64,000 nt of DNA from Octopus vulgaris (GCA_951406725.2 OX597823.1:31992001-32056000); one strand, 5' to 3'; positions 11,890 to 25,863 are shown, counted from the stretch's first letter. Notes: generated by a model from the sequence alone, not told the origin. Program-made: numbers and translations.

Positions 11890-12715
11890 TTCTAACTCAG
11901 GTTTTGTTGGAACTCCTGGTGTCTTGCAGGCATAGCGAGCTTGCTAACTGCAGCCAATGGTACCATGCTATCCATTCTTTTCAGTTATCTAATACTTTCT
12001 CGATTATTCTGGCCATGCCAAGGAGGCAAACCGTTTGTATTCCAATTTCCTTTATATTCCCCTTGATGCCTTCTGATACTGTTCCCAAGGACCCACCAAT
12101 AATTGGCACTATCTTCACCTTCTTCATTTTCCATCGCTGGGCTATTTCCTACTTAAGAGGGTTGTATTTGTCTCCTTTTTTCACATTCCTTCTTGAGTAT
12201 TCGTGGGTCAAAGGGGCATGCAACATCAACTATATAACACATGTGGTACACCTTGTCCACCACAACTTAGTTCAGTTTGTTATGCTCTAACACCTGATCT
12301 GTTTGGATTGGAAACTCCCACAGAATTTTGCAGATCTCCAACTCCACCACTTTCTGTGCTTTGTGCTCATACCACATCTTGCCTCTCTCTAGACACTTCT
12401 TCTCACACAGTTTTCAATGAGCACTTTCGCTAACTCATCATGTTGCCACAACTTGTAATAGTTTTGGGAATTCATTCATGATATGGGCAATGGTTTCGTC
12501 CATTCTATTACAGATGTAGCACAGTAGAGAGACTTGCTCATTCTTATGGTTGACCCTCCAACTCATGGCCAAAGCTTGGTCTTGTGCTGCTAGCCTAATG
12601 CTCTTTTTTCAGGGTTCCTTTCTTCAGCCAACCCCACCTATGTTTTCCAGCAACTTCAGAGTTGTGGCTTCATGGAATTGACTGTGTAGTCCCTTGTTCT
12701 ATAATGCTTCTTCAT
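11890..12715 (-). mobile_element. Decayed R4/Dong-type (RLE) non-LTR retrotransposon 3' part
   Basis: Remnants AAQDQAL, KILWEFPIQTD, IVDVACPFD and IVPIIGGSLG. Confidence 0.75.
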
Positions 12716-12739
12716 GTTGTTGTTATTATTGTTATCATT

Positions 12740-13585
12740 AAGGCAGCGAGCTGGCAGAGGCTTTAGCATGCCAGACAAAATGCTTAGTGGCACTTTTTCC
12801 GTCTTTATGTTCTGAATTTGTCTTTCATCCTTTCAGGGTCAATCAAATAAGGACCAGTTGAACATTAGTGTCCATATAATCGACTTATCCCCACCTTGAA
12901 CATGCTGGCCTTGTGCCGAAATTTGAAACCATTATTATCATCATCATCATCGTCGTCATTATTATTATTATTAAGTCAGGGAGCTGGCAGAAACGTTAGC
13001 ATGCTGGGCGAAATGCTTAGCGGTATTTCGTCTGCCCTTACATTCTGAGTTCAAATTCCGCCGAGGTCAACTTTGCCTTTCATCCTTTCGGGGTCGATAA
13101 ATTAAGTACCAGTTATGCACTGGGATCGATGTAATCAACTTAATCCGTTTGTCTGTCCTTGCTTGTCCCCCCTGTGTTTAGCCCCTTGTGGGTAGTAAAG
13201 AAATAGGTATTTCGCCTGAGTTCAAATTCCACCGAGGTCAACTTTGCCTTTCATCCTTTTCGGGTTGATAAAATTAGTACCAGTTATGCACTGGGGTCGA
13301 TGTAGTTGACTAAATCCCTTCCCTCAAAATTTGAGGCCTTGTGCTTCCAGTAGAAAAGATTGTTATTATCAAGATGGCAAGCTGGCAGAATTATTAGCAT
13401 GCTGGATGAAATGCTTACCAGTATTTCACCCGTCATTACATTCTGAGTTCAAATTCTGCTGAGGTCAACTTTGCCTTTCATCCTTTTGGGGTCAATAAAA
13501 TAAGTACCAGTTGAATAATATGGGTCGATGTAATCAATTCATCCCCACATTCCTCAAGCTGCTCTTCTGGCAAAAACTTAAAATA
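12740..13585 (+). mobile_element. Tandem cluster of SINE-A copies separated by (TTA/TCA)n
   Basis: Four repeats of the GCCTTTCATCC core. Confidence 0.8.
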
Positions 13586-13649
13586 CTTATTATTATTACT
13601 ACCATGCTAGCACATTAAATGATTGTTATTATTATTATTATTATTATTA

Positions 13650-13687
<38 letters not shown>

Positions 13688-13907
13688 CCCCCTTCCTTTT
13701 GACCAGGCTCCCGTGGCTTTTATGGGTTTTTCCACGAGTAACCTTTCGAAGCACCTCCCCCTATTGGGAGTTTTAATTGTTACTTATTTTTCCTTTATCA
13801 TCCTGCTTTTGTACTCGGACATTTTCAAACGGACAAAACCCTTTGTAACTTTCATCCCTTTATGTTTTAATGATTTTCGTTAGCCCTTGTGGCCAATAAA
13901 CGAACGA

Positions 13908-13940
<33 letters not shown>

Positions 13941-15198
13941 ATTATTATTAATAATAATAATAATAATAATAATATGATGAAGATAGTAACATAGGTCAAC
14001 ATGAAGTTTTGAAGGAAGATTTTAATTTAGATGACTTTAAAACAAGTTTGAATCCTGGAACCAGGGGGTGGAAACAAAGGTGGTCTTAGGCAGATTGGTA
14101 TCAAAAAGGTTTAAATATTCTACAACAATGAACACTGCCATATCATCAAAGATTACAAACTTTATAATTTATTTAAATAACTTTGAAAAACACTTGTGTC
14201 AATTTTCCAAAAGAAATGTTCTCCATGAAAGATTAGAACTCCTGCTGTCTTCCTCCCCACAGCACACAACCATGTCAGGTTTAGCTCCTGCCCACAAAAT
14301 TTCAGGTTGTGTGCCTAGAGTAGAAAGTATTATTAACATTTGTTTACTGCTGCACTATATCACCACTTCCCTTAAATCATCATCATCCAGTGTTTTAAAT
14401 TCAGATTTTGTCCCCATTAACGGGGGGGGGGAGGCTGGATCTACCTCAATGCCTCAGCAACCAAAGTGGGCAGGTGCAGCCCACCCCAACCTTTGGGGTG
14501 GCTGGTGCCCATTTTCTTTTGCTATCATGAAGCTTTTTTTGGAGCTGGATTATCTACGGGGAGCATGCCCTTGCTTACCCCCAACCTCAGTTTCTAGACA
14601 TGAGTGGTCCCAAGACCAAGGCCTCTACCATGATTTTTAAGAAATGTGGTGGAAAACCAGCTCAGGAAGGCAGGGACACTACACCCCGAGACCCCTTTCA
14701 GAGACCCCCCCTCCCTACACTCAAACCAATTTACCCCTTTACTTATCAACACAGACATGGAACAGCAGAATCTACTAATTTACAGTGGGAGGAAGTATAA
14801 TTGATGTATCATCATTGACTAATCAATATTCTAATAGTTTACAGTGGGAGGAAGTATAATTAATGTATTAACCGACCCTAATCCTTTTTCCCCCTCTCCC
14901 TACTTCAGTGGAATCCTGCAAAAACACCACACAGCGAATGACGTTATTGGATTTCTTACTAATGACATACATAACATTTCTTGTGTCCACATAAATGAGA
15001 AGCTAAGCAAACAGCTGTGATATAACAGGATAGCAGTAGCCATTTAGATCTATTGTGTATAGTGCTCAGGTGCACTACAACTCATCAAAGGTGCATGTAC
15101 AGTACATAGAATTATGTACAAACGTCAGGAAAGGGAACAGTGTATGAGTCATGATATACATGTGTGTATGCGTATGGAGATGGAGATATCAGGTGTAG

Positions 15199-15560
15199 TA
15201 CAGTTCTATATTTAAGAGATGAGGAATTATGCACATTATTTACATTATTTACATTTGATGGATATTTGTCCTCCTCTTGTTTCTTGTTAACATTACGTTT
15301 CAGCTGATATATCCTCCAGCCTTCATCAGGTGTCTTGGGGAAATTTCGAACCTGGGTTCTCATGTTGTTGTTATTATTATTATTATTATCATTATTCAGG
15401 TCACTGCCTGGAATCGAACTCAAAATCTTGGGGTTAGTAGCCCATGCTCTTAACCACTATGCCATATACCATTGGCATATGACATAGTGATTAAAAGCGA
15501 GGGCTACTAATCCCAGGATTCCAAGTTCAATTCCAAGCAGTGACCTGAATAATAATAATA
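15199..15560 (-). mobile_element. tRNA-head + (AAT)n + hammerhead SINE-like element, with inverted duplicated head
   Basis: A/B boxes at about 15405-15468, HHR at 15289-15334, second head on + at 15473-15550. Confidence 0.75.
15289..15334 (-). ncRNA. Minimal hammerhead motif
   Basis: GACAC-CTGATGA-A-GGCTG..CAGCT-GAAACGTA-ATGTT, one mismatch in stem I. Confidence 0.6.
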
Positions 15561-15650
15561 ATCATCATCATCGTTTAGCGTCCGCTTTCCATGCTAGCAT
15601 GGCTTGGATGGTTCGATTATGTGCCACCGAATAATAATAATAATAAATAA

Positions 15651-15686
<36 letters not shown>

Positions 15687-16799
15687 TTTTTTTTTTTTAA
15701 ATGCCCTGATGCAGTACCAGGCAGTGGCTCTTGATCATAACTGATTGGAAGTGTTATCATGTACATTGTTTTGTATTGGTATAAAAGATGGGCTACAGCA
15801 AATATTCTGCTCAATGAACTTATGAAAACAAGATATTTGTAATACAGAGGTAGTTTTAGCCAGGTTGGTATCAAAAGGGTTAAGCTAGTGTTAGGAACAT
15901 AAATTGTGACTAAGGTTTGGTGGAAGATTTTAATTCAGAACATATGAAAACAAGACATTTGTACTCAGTGCCAGAACTAGTTTCAGCTGGGTTGGTATCA
16001 AAAGGGTTAATAATGGCAAAGTCATTTTATTAAATTCTTCATTGTTTTTAAAATAAATTGAAACAAAGTCAGTGTATTTCAACAGAGATATGGTGATGAA
16101 TGGGTTAACAAAATACGGCAAGGCTTTCCTTCTATACTGATTCTTCCATCATAACAGCAACAATTTTTTTCTAATATAGGTGCAAGGAAACTAATTTTGG
16201 AAATAACAAAGAATTTAGTAAAATAATTTTGTTCTTGAAGCTGGTCTTTGGAACATAAATTGACATGAAATTTTGAAGGAAGATTTTTAATTCAATACTT
16301 TAAAACAGTTTACATCATAGAACTAGGGATATTTTTGAGCAGGTTGGCCTCAAAAGAGTTAAAACTGATCCCAGTATACAGACTGGTGGTACATATTTTA
16401 TCAGTCCTTTGAATGCAACTGGTAAGCATTTCATCAACGTCTGATGGATGTAAAATAAAGCTGACCTCAGTGGTATTTGAACTTGAAAAGAATGGAAAGA
16501 AATGCGTCTAAGCATCTTGTCCAAGGCACAAACAATTCAGCAGCCTCATCTTGAGAATGATGACGATGATGATAGTGGTGATGATAGTGGTAGTGGTAGT
16601 AGTGGTGGTGATGATGACAATGATGATTTCTATAATTAGCCACAAGGGCATCAGATGAGGAGGACAAGGACAGTTTACAATTTGTGTGAGGATTTACATA
16701 AAAGATGAGGGGAAGAAAGAGAGAAGAGGGTGAAATAGGACAAAATTACACATAGTATACAGAACCTGTGAGCACATCTATGATACAGTCCACCTGATA

Positions 16800-17290
16800 C
16801 AGGAAAACCTCCAACTAAGGCCAATCAAGAGACCAAGCCCTCATTCAACTGTTGTTCTCCAATCTACAAGAGCATGCTTAGAGTAGGTTCATTCACCATC
16901 TCCATTTCTACCACAGTCACTCACTGCTTGACAACTTTACTAGAAGAAAGCACTTCCCTCTCCACCTTCACTTTCCTTTCCAAATGGAACTTTAAAAAAC
17001 TGATGAGGGCTTAACTGAAGAGGAAGGTGTCTTTCTTCAATGCTTTCAGCCTCATACGTTACACATCTTTGACCATAGCCATTAGATAGAGGCACACTAC
17101 CTGCTCTGCCTTGTTGATGGAAGGTAGAGGGATGATCCCCATGATGGACTTGGCCGATAGTTAGATTTGTCCCACATGCAATAGCAGCTGCTCAACAGAA
17201 CTCCACAAGTTAGCAACACTTGGACAATGCACAAGTGTGTGCAATGTGTGCAGATTGCCTGCAAACGTCTCAGGCAATCCTATCTGGCAG
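16800..17290 (-). mobile_element. Tx1/L1-like ORF2 C-terminal remnant
   Basis: HTLVHCPSVANLWSSVE zinc-knuckle-like segment, with stops. Confidence 0.5.
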
Positions 17291-17333
17291 CCCTTCCATG
17301 CCAACAATAACAACAACAATAACAAATGCTTAC

Positions 17334-17514
17334 CTTTTTCTCTTTAAATTTCTTGCACCTTGGCTGGTTTTTAATGGGGAAAAGTTTTGGATCAAAGTGA
17401 GGTTCCTCCTCATCAATGATGTTATGGAATGATGAAACTGTTATTAGACTGACCTCCAACTTCTCCAGGGAGTAACACAGCAGCTCTCGGTAGAAGTAAA
17501 CAGTATCTTCTGCA
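17334..17514 (-). CDS. AGBL5: AGBL5 coding exon 5 (AEDTVYFYRELLCYSLEKLEVSLITVSS...KEKK)
   Basis: RELLCYSL motif. Acceptor ctcAG, donor AAG|GTAAGC, phases 2/0. Confidence 0.95.
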
Positions 17515-18965
17515 CTGAGACAAGAAACAAAGAACAAAGATAAATCGCCATCTATCCAAATACTTATAAAATATACATCACAATACCAACAAGGACAAGT
17601 ACAAAACAATCATGACAAAGGATAGCGACCATTTTGAATTTTTAGCTGAGCTCCACAGGTGAGTAAAGGTATGTGTGAGGTGGGGTGTGTGTCTGTTGAA
17701 GTGCCATTCATTCATTATTTTGGTTGTTGTTGTTGTTAGCGTAATTGAATCACTGAAAACTGAGTCTTTGAATTTACTGGAGTCACATACCTAGCATTAA
17801 TGTCTGCTAATTCCCCTCCAGGGCCATCCTTTAACTGTAATATGGCCTTATTGGGTAAAACAGATTAATGTTTTTATGGTTACAATATAAAGAAGATTTT
17901 GGCAGTAAGAAGAATCAACAGACCACCCATTTACATAATTCCTCTACCAACCACAAAGATTTATAAATCTCTGGACTGGTTTGGGGATGGTGGAGGAATT
18001 GTTTTAGTCCAAGAGAGATAAGGCAATGCCCCCAGACTCTGCCTTGCCTTTACACTGGGGAGTTCAATGTAACTGATGTTCATTTCAAAATCTTAAACTC
18101 ATCTAGGATGATGTTTGCAGGGTGGATGTGTTCTGTACAGGATTTCCAGAGGGTTGCAGTTGTCGGGAGACAGGATTGTGTGAAATGATTAGCATGAAAA
18201 TTGGCAGGTGAGACACAATAATTTTAAGAAGATAGGTGGTGTGTTAGCAGACCTGCAAAACATTGAAACACAATTTGATATAAACCACAGAAGATCAGGA
18301 AGCATTGTAATGGTTTCAGGAGCAACAGAAAGAAGATACAGAATGTCAGTAGGGTGCTGGTTGAGGGAAAGTATAAAAACACTTCAATGAGGTTTGAGTT
18401 CACAGCATGTTGGTGGGTAAGAATACAGGAAAAGGACACAGTGTGTTGCTGGACAGGAATACAAAGATAAGACAACAACAATTATGTTGGTGAACAGTGA
18501 AACACAGAGAGAATACAGAATGTTGGTAGGTGAGGATAGAGAGAGAGGATACAGCACATAAGTAGGGTAGTGATACAGAGAGGATATAATAAGTTAGTGG
18601 GGAGGAATATAGAGAAAAGGAACAGCATATTTGTGTGTATTTATTGTGTATGTATTGTGTACTACCATTCATCTAACATGCTCTCTCCAGACTATGAGAA
18701 CTATGGAACTACTACCTATTTCTTTACTACCCACAAGGGGCTAAACACAGAGAAGACAAACAAGTCGATTACATCAGCCCCAGTGCTTAACTGGTACTTA
18801 ATTTATCGACCCCAAAAGGATGAAAGGCAAAGTCGACCTCGGCGGAATTTGAACTCAGAACATAACGGCTGACGAAATACGGCTACACATTTCGCCCAGC
18901 GTGCTAACGTTTCTACCAGCTCGCCGCTGGTACCACCGCTGCTGGTACCATCATCACTGTTTTAA

Positions 18966-19183
18966 CCCTTTCATTACTAACTTGGCTGAAATCGGTTCTG
19001 GCTCTGAGTACAAATGTTTTGTTTTCGTAAGTTTTGAATTAAAATCTTCCACCAAACCTTAGTTACAATTTGTTCCTAACACTAGCTGAATGATAACTCA
19101 GTTATTTTACTAAATTCTTTGTTGTATTTACAGTAATTGAAAGAAACACAGAGCATCTCAAAATAAATACAGTAAGGAAAGGG
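18966..19183. mobile_element. piggyBac-type MITE
   Basis: CCCTTT...AAAGGG TIRs with TTAA TSD. Related copies at about 9205, 11790, 15830-16105 and 29590. Confidence 0.8.
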
Positions 19184-19775
19184 TTAATATCTACTTTCCC
19201 ATGCTTGCATGGATTAGATGAGATTATGTTGGGGAGAATTTCAGTCCCTATTTCCCACCTTTTTTCCAATCAAGGAAATAATCTCACAGTTTATTAAACA
19301 ATAAACAACTCAGATATATTTACAAAGAGAATTGGAAAGAAACAACACTATCTGAATGAGTCTTTAGTTTTCAAAGATCACACGATAAATGTCAAGAAAT
19401 GCAGACATGCTTCTCATGTTGGGCTGTAAGCAAACAACACCATCAGTAAAGCCATTGTTTACAATCAATGAGCAGGTATACAAATTTCCTCTCTCACACA
19501 CACACACACGCACGCACGCGTGCAGACGGGCTTCTTCCAGTTTCTGTCTACCAAATCCACTCACGAAGTCAGCTGGAACTATCAAAGAAAATGCCTGCCT
19601 AAGGTACTGTGGAGTAGGACTGAACTGAATATCATATGGTTGGGAAGTGACCTTGTTAGCTACACAGCCATGCCTGCACCTAATTAGAGTGTTTTAAATA
19701 TCAAGACATAATTTGTACCAAAAAAAAAAAAAATACAAAAAAAAGGTTAAAAAGCAATATAATGAAATAACTTAC

Positions 19776-19948
19776 ATGTTTTCCACAGAAGATATATTTT
19801 TACAGTAACTATATCTCTCCTCCAACTCATTGATGTTGTTCTGACATTCAATGTAGGAATGTGGGTAAGCAAAAGCAAAGTATGTTGTAGCACCTTTGAT
19901 TTCAGTGAACCGATAACAGAATGACAGAATAAATTGGCCATCAATAGT
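19776..19948 (-). CDS. AGBL5: AGBL5 coding exon 4 (TIDGQFILSFCYRFTEIKGATTYFAFAYPHSY...)
   Basis: Translated by hand. Matches CCP5 QFVLSF...GATTFFAFCYPFSY. Acceptor cgtAG, donor GTAAGT, phases 0/2. Confidence 0.95.
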
Positions 19949-21862
19949 CTACGAAGAAGAAAAGACATTTATTTAGAAACTTATTAACTCTTTCTCCTCC
20001 ACTTCCTCTTCCTCCCCATCGCCACCACTATTTCTTATTTCTTTATTGCCCACAAGGGGCTAAACACAGAGGGGACAAACAAGGACAGACAAATGGATTA
20101 AGTAGATTATATCGACTCCTGTGTGTAACTGGTACTTATTTAATCCACCCCGAAAGGATGAAAGGCAAAGTCGGCCTCAGCGGAATATGAACTCAGAACA
20201 TAGCGGATGCTCTTCTGTCACTAACCCTCACCCGTTTTCAAGTAAGGCAATATTTCCATTTGGCCAGACATGTTTGTATGGTGGTGACACTTGCTACTAT
20301 GCTATGTCAAAACAAACACACACACACATCAACACACAAACATATATACACACAACAGGCTTCATTCAGTTTCCATCAAGCAAATCTACTCACAAGGCTT
20401 GGGTCAACCTGAGATTTCAGCAAAAGATACTTGCCTTCAAGGTACCATGTAGTAGCACTTGACCAGAAACCACATGGTTGAGACAATTTGTTAACCATAC
20501 AACCACCCCTGTACATGTGTGTGTTAATGTATGCATGTATGTATGTATGTCAGGTCACTTACAAGACTCTCATAAATGCTACCGGTAACATGGAATCCAG
20601 TACAACCTGTTACATGGTTGGGATGTCGACAACTAAACTGGCACCCCCACCAGGCTATCCTGTTGAGGAGGGTTGCTAGAAATCCAGCAGGATTAAAAAC
20701 AAGACCTGTTAAAAGTTCAGATGAATGTAGTGCAGGCTTAATGGCTATCTAGCAATAGCACGGGTATGCAGAAATTCTGGTGTGCTAGAAGACCACTGGG
20801 AGTGGGGGCACCCTTCAGCTTCTGTTAAAGCATGTCTCTAGAAGAAGGTCACTCTGATTTAAAAATCAGATATGCAAGGAATGGCATTGGACATTTTGGA
20901 GATCTTTAGTTTGTGCTAGAGATCATGGCTCTCCCACATCCCTGAGCCTGTGACTCATATTGGTACCGGACATCCCACTCTGGCTTGTCTCTGGATAATG
21001 TCAATGAAGTGGAGAGGGTCTATGAGGTGTCGTACAAGCCTTATTGGACCTAAAACTCTGCACAGGCATCACTGACCTCTACTAGATATAGCAACAGAAT
21101 TTTCAAAATATACCACACCCTCAATCTTAAACAAGAAAAGACATAATTGATAATGTAGTCAGGATAGTCATGACTAGAACAACACTGCTCAAAGGTCTGC
21201 TTACTGGATCACAGCTGACCCTGGGCTAAATAACAACAACCCACCACTGCATACTGAAGTATGCAGTACAATCCTTAACTCGACGGTAGTGTGGTATGTA
21301 AGGAGTAATGCAATCATGACTCATAAACGGTTATTAATTTTACTAACTGAACTAAGGATAAACTACATAAACAATGTTAGATGGATTATGTTGTTGCCAT
21401 CCAAAATATCTGGTTACACCTTCAGAAGAGTTTATTAACTGAAATCTACAAATAATGTAGAAAATGTTCGAGATATGAATAAATGATTATTGCTGTTAAA
21501 ATCTGTCGTCTCACATTTCTGTGTTTTTAAAATATAACATCTATCTACCTGATACAGACAAGTCATACTGTGAAGTGCATACATAAGTGTACGTGTGTGT
21601 ATAGATGAGTGTATGTGGATGTATTTGTCATTGTGTGTATGTTGTGCATGTGAACACATGTATAAAATGTGTGTATACATGCATACACACACACACAAAT
21701 GTAAGCACATAAATGTGAAACAAGGTGGGAAAAAATAGTACTCAAATACCAGAGGTAGAGTAATATGCTTTATCATTAAAGCTGCAAAGACATCACAAAA
21801 ATATCACAAAAAAACTGCTACTCAGAGTTTCATGTTCCCATTCATTGGACTAAAGGATATAC

Positions 21863-21943
<81 letters not shown>

Positions 21944-22029
21944 CATACATACATACATACATACATACATACATACATACATACATACATACATACATAG
22001 AAATATAGACAGATATAGATATAGTTATA

Positions 22030-23035
22030 CATGGTCTGATCAATAAGTATCCGGACTGTTGCCATAATAAAGAAGCTAAAGCATGCAGAGTAAAGCCGCT
22101 TGGCACAGAATGACCTTGACCTCTGCTGTGCATGTGCATCAAGTTTTAACATTCTACCTCACTTCCACTGTTTACAGCAGTGCTTGGAAGGAACATGTGT
22201 AGCGTGTGATCATCGCATTGATCATGACAGAGAAAGTTGAGCAGAGAATCTGCATCAAATTTTGCTAAAAGCTTGACAATATCTGCTCAGAGGCCAATGC
22301 AAAGTCACAGAAAGTATATAAAGAGGAGTGTATGAGCCACACACAAGTGTATGAGTGGTTCAGAGGTTTCCAAGATGTCAATAGTGACAAACGTTCTGGG
22401 AGACCCACAACCAGCAGAACTGAGAAAAACATTGAAGATGTGTGTGCAGCTGTGAGAGGTAATTGTCAAATCATCATCTGTGAGTTGTCAGAGGATGTGC
22501 AGATTAGTTACAGTTCAGTTCAGTTCACTCCATTATCACTGAAGATTTGGGTATGAGATGCCTGTCTGCCAAGTTTCTGTCCAAACTGCTTTCAGCTGAC
22601 CAAAAAGACACTTGGGTTTCTGTCGCACAAGATCTCCTTGATTGTGTCGAGAATGATGAAAACCTTTGGAAAATAGTCATAACAGGTGATGAATCATGGA
22701 TCTATGGCTATGACCCCAAAACAAAGGCTCAGTTTTCACAGAGGAAAACCCCAACCTCTCTGAGACTGAAGAAAGCACAAATGAGTTAAAGCAATGTGAA
22801 GACACTGTTGACCGTTTTCTTCGACTATATGGGGATTGTTCATCACGAGTATGTTCCACCTGGTCATAGAATGAAGAAGGAGTACTACTGTGACATTTTG
22901 TGGTGTTTGCAGGATGCTATTTGTTGGAAAAGCCACAATTACATGCATCCAATGAGTAGCAATTGCACCATGACAACACACCTGCCCATTCAGCACAGCT
23001 TGTGCAGCAGTTTTTGGTAAGGCACAGCATTCACT
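22030..23035 (+). mobile_element. 3'-truncated decayed mariner transposon (second family)
   Basis: TA-CATGGTCTGATCAATAAGT start. HTH region, ITGDESWIYGYDP and LHHDN motifs, several stops. Confidence 0.9.
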
Positions 23036-23428
23036 AGATCATATATAGATATACACACACATATATATATACACACACCCACACATATATATATATACCC
23101 ATGCCAGCATGGACAATGGACGTCAAATGATGATGATGATGATGGTGTGTGTGTGTGTGTGTTTGTATCATTTGTCTTCATGTTCTGAGTTCAAATTCCG
23201 CCAAATTCAGTTTTGCCTTACATGTTTTTTTTGGGCGGGGGTAAACTAAGTACTGATTGAACAATGAGCTCAATGTAATTAACTTAAGCCCTCCTCAGAA
23301 ATTGCTGGCCTTGCGCTAAAATCTTAGACAGACAGATAGATAGATAGGGAGAGGAAGCTAGCAGAGTAAGTATATTTGTGTGTGTCTAATATATTTATAT
23401 ATGTACATATATATATATATGTTTATAA

Positions 23429-24345
23429 ATGGGAGACCAAGTTAGTAGCGGAGGTGGATGCACAGAGAGTATCACCACTAGAATACGAATAGCCTGGGCA
23501 AAGTTCAGAAAGCTCCTACCCCTACTGGCAACAAAAGGCCTCTCCCTCAGAGCAAAAGGTAGATTATATGATGCATGTGTGCGAACTGCCATGCTTCACG
23601 GTAATGAAACATGAGCTGTGACTGCAGAAGACATGCGTAGACTTGAAAGAAATGAAGCTAGCATGATCCGCTGGATGTGTAGTGTCAGTGTGCACGCAAA
23701 ACAGAGTGTAAGTATCCTGAGAGAAATGCTGGATATAAGAAGCATCAGATGTGGTGTGCAAGAGCGACGCTTGCGATGGTATGGTCATGTGCTGCGGATG
23801 GATGAAGAGAGATGTGTGAAGAAGTGCCACTCCCAAACAGTTGAAGGTATCAGGGGGAGAGGTAGACCCAGGAAGACATGGGATGAGGTGGTCAAGCATG
23901 ACCTCAGAGCATTGGGCCTCACTGAGGCAATGGCGAAGGACCGAGATCTCTGGAGATATGCTGTGACTACAAAGACCCGGGCTGCTTTCTGCAGCAATTC
24001 CACATACCCCCTACCCATTCTAAGTACCCCCCTACCCATTCTAAGTACCCCGGATCCCCAAAGTACCCCGGACCTCGTTGCCCCCGTGCCGCTGACACGT
24101 TAAAATGCTCGAATCCGATCGTGACGATGCCGGACCCTCCGGCCCCTGTGCAGGTGGCACGTAAAAGCACCCAATCCACTCACGGAGTGGTTGGCGTTAG
24201 GAAGGGCATCCAGCCGTAGAAACTCTGCCAGATTCAGACTGGAGCCTGGAGCGGCCCCTGGCTTCCCAGACCCGGTCAAACCGTCCAACCCGTGCTAGCG
24301 CGGAAAGCGGACGTTAAACGATGATGATGATGATGATGATGATGA
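23429..24345 (+). mobile_element. RTE-clade LINE, 5'-truncated (RT C-terminus, 3' UTR, (GAT)n tail)
   Basis: RRLRWYGHVLRM and RGRGRPRKTW motifs, one in-frame TGA, tail CGGACGTTAAACG(ATG)n. Confidence 0.92.
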
Positions 24346-25421
24346 TATGCATGTATGTATATATACATAAGTATACAGAGAGAGAAAAGGAGAGCGATGT
24401 ATGTATACATATGCGTATGTATGTATGTGTGTGTGTATATGCATATGTATGTGTATATGTGAATGTGACAAATAGTAATTTATTTTTAGGGTTATTTATT
24501 TTCAGCCCTGTTTTTACCTACACATAGATTAACACACTTCTGAAGAAGTAACAACAGTGCAGTTTAATTAATATTGCTAATTGTGTACAGTTGCCATGAC
24601 AGTAACAGGATTAAAGTTACCTAGCCACCAACAGGATTAAAGTTATCTAGCCACATACACAAACACGCACATACATATACATATATATACATACATGGTA
24701 ACTAGACACACTCGAACCTCACAAGTCACTCGTCTAATCAGGGTACTTATTAACTGACAATATTTCATGTCTGTTTAGTAAGGGGCTATGACCAGCGTCC
24801 ATGAGAAATAAATGAATAGAACCAATGAATCTGATTCTTCCTGTCTAAACAGAAACGTATACCACATTTACTCATGTATGAGTTGCACCCCTAATATAGT
24901 TTCTAAATCTTATTCCAAAATATTTCTCCATCATTAACTTAACCCCATGATTAAGTTGCATGATAGTTTTTCCCAAAATTAAAATCAAGTGTAAAATTGT
25001 GTGACTTATACACAAGTAAATATAGGTATTTAGCTTACAGTAACTTTTAGAGTTATCTAAATGTTCCTCTCTCATTCTCTCTCTTTATATATATATCATC
25101 ATCATCATCATCATCAACATCGTTTAACGTCTGCTTTCCATGCTGGCATGGGTTGGACGGTTTGACTGAGGACTGGTGAGCCAGAGGCTGCACCAGACTC
25201 CAATCTGATCTGGCAAAGTTTCTACAGCTGGATGCCCTTCCTAATGCCAACCACTCCAAGAATGTAGCGGGTGCTTTTACGTGACACCAGCATGAGAGCC
25301 AGTCAGGTGGTTCTTGCAACGACCACGCTTAAAAGGTGTTTTTTACATGCTACCTGCATGGGAGCCAGTCCAGCAGCACTGTGTATAGAGTGTTAGGTGT
25401 GATGTACTGAAATTGAATATT

Positions 25422-25863
25422 GAGAAAAAAGGTCATTAAATTTTGGAAAAAACATCTTTTCATTTCTTTGTTATTATTTATACTTAGGTTCCTTTCTCGA
25501 ATTTCTTAAATAAAATTTTGTGAATGTACAAACACCTTGTTCATTTATATAAAACAGATGTTTTAGGGGGGTTTTGTTTAGAAGAGAACATTGTTTTTTT
25601 TTTGGGGGGGGGGGAGGTTCCATGTCAGTGGGGATGGATAGATAGAAATATTAGTAGGTAGATAAGGCTGATAGTCATGGAACCTCACCCAAAATATCAA
25701 AAACAATGTTCTCTTCTAAACAAAACCCCCAAAAATCATGTTTCATATAAATGAACAGGGTGTTTGTACATACACAAAATTTTATTTGACAAGTTTGAGA
25801 AAGGAACGAAAGTGCTAATAATAATGAAGAAATAAAAATAATTTTTTCCCAAAATTCTGACAA

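Noticed and set aside
14068-14640. 190-aa ORF
   Set aside because: Runs across MITE and SINE remnants and has no recognisable motif or splice support.
21815-21855. HHR-like remnant on minus (CCAATGA-ATG..CAT-GAAACTCTGAGTA)
   Set aside because: The core is broken and stem I is missing; too decayed to call.
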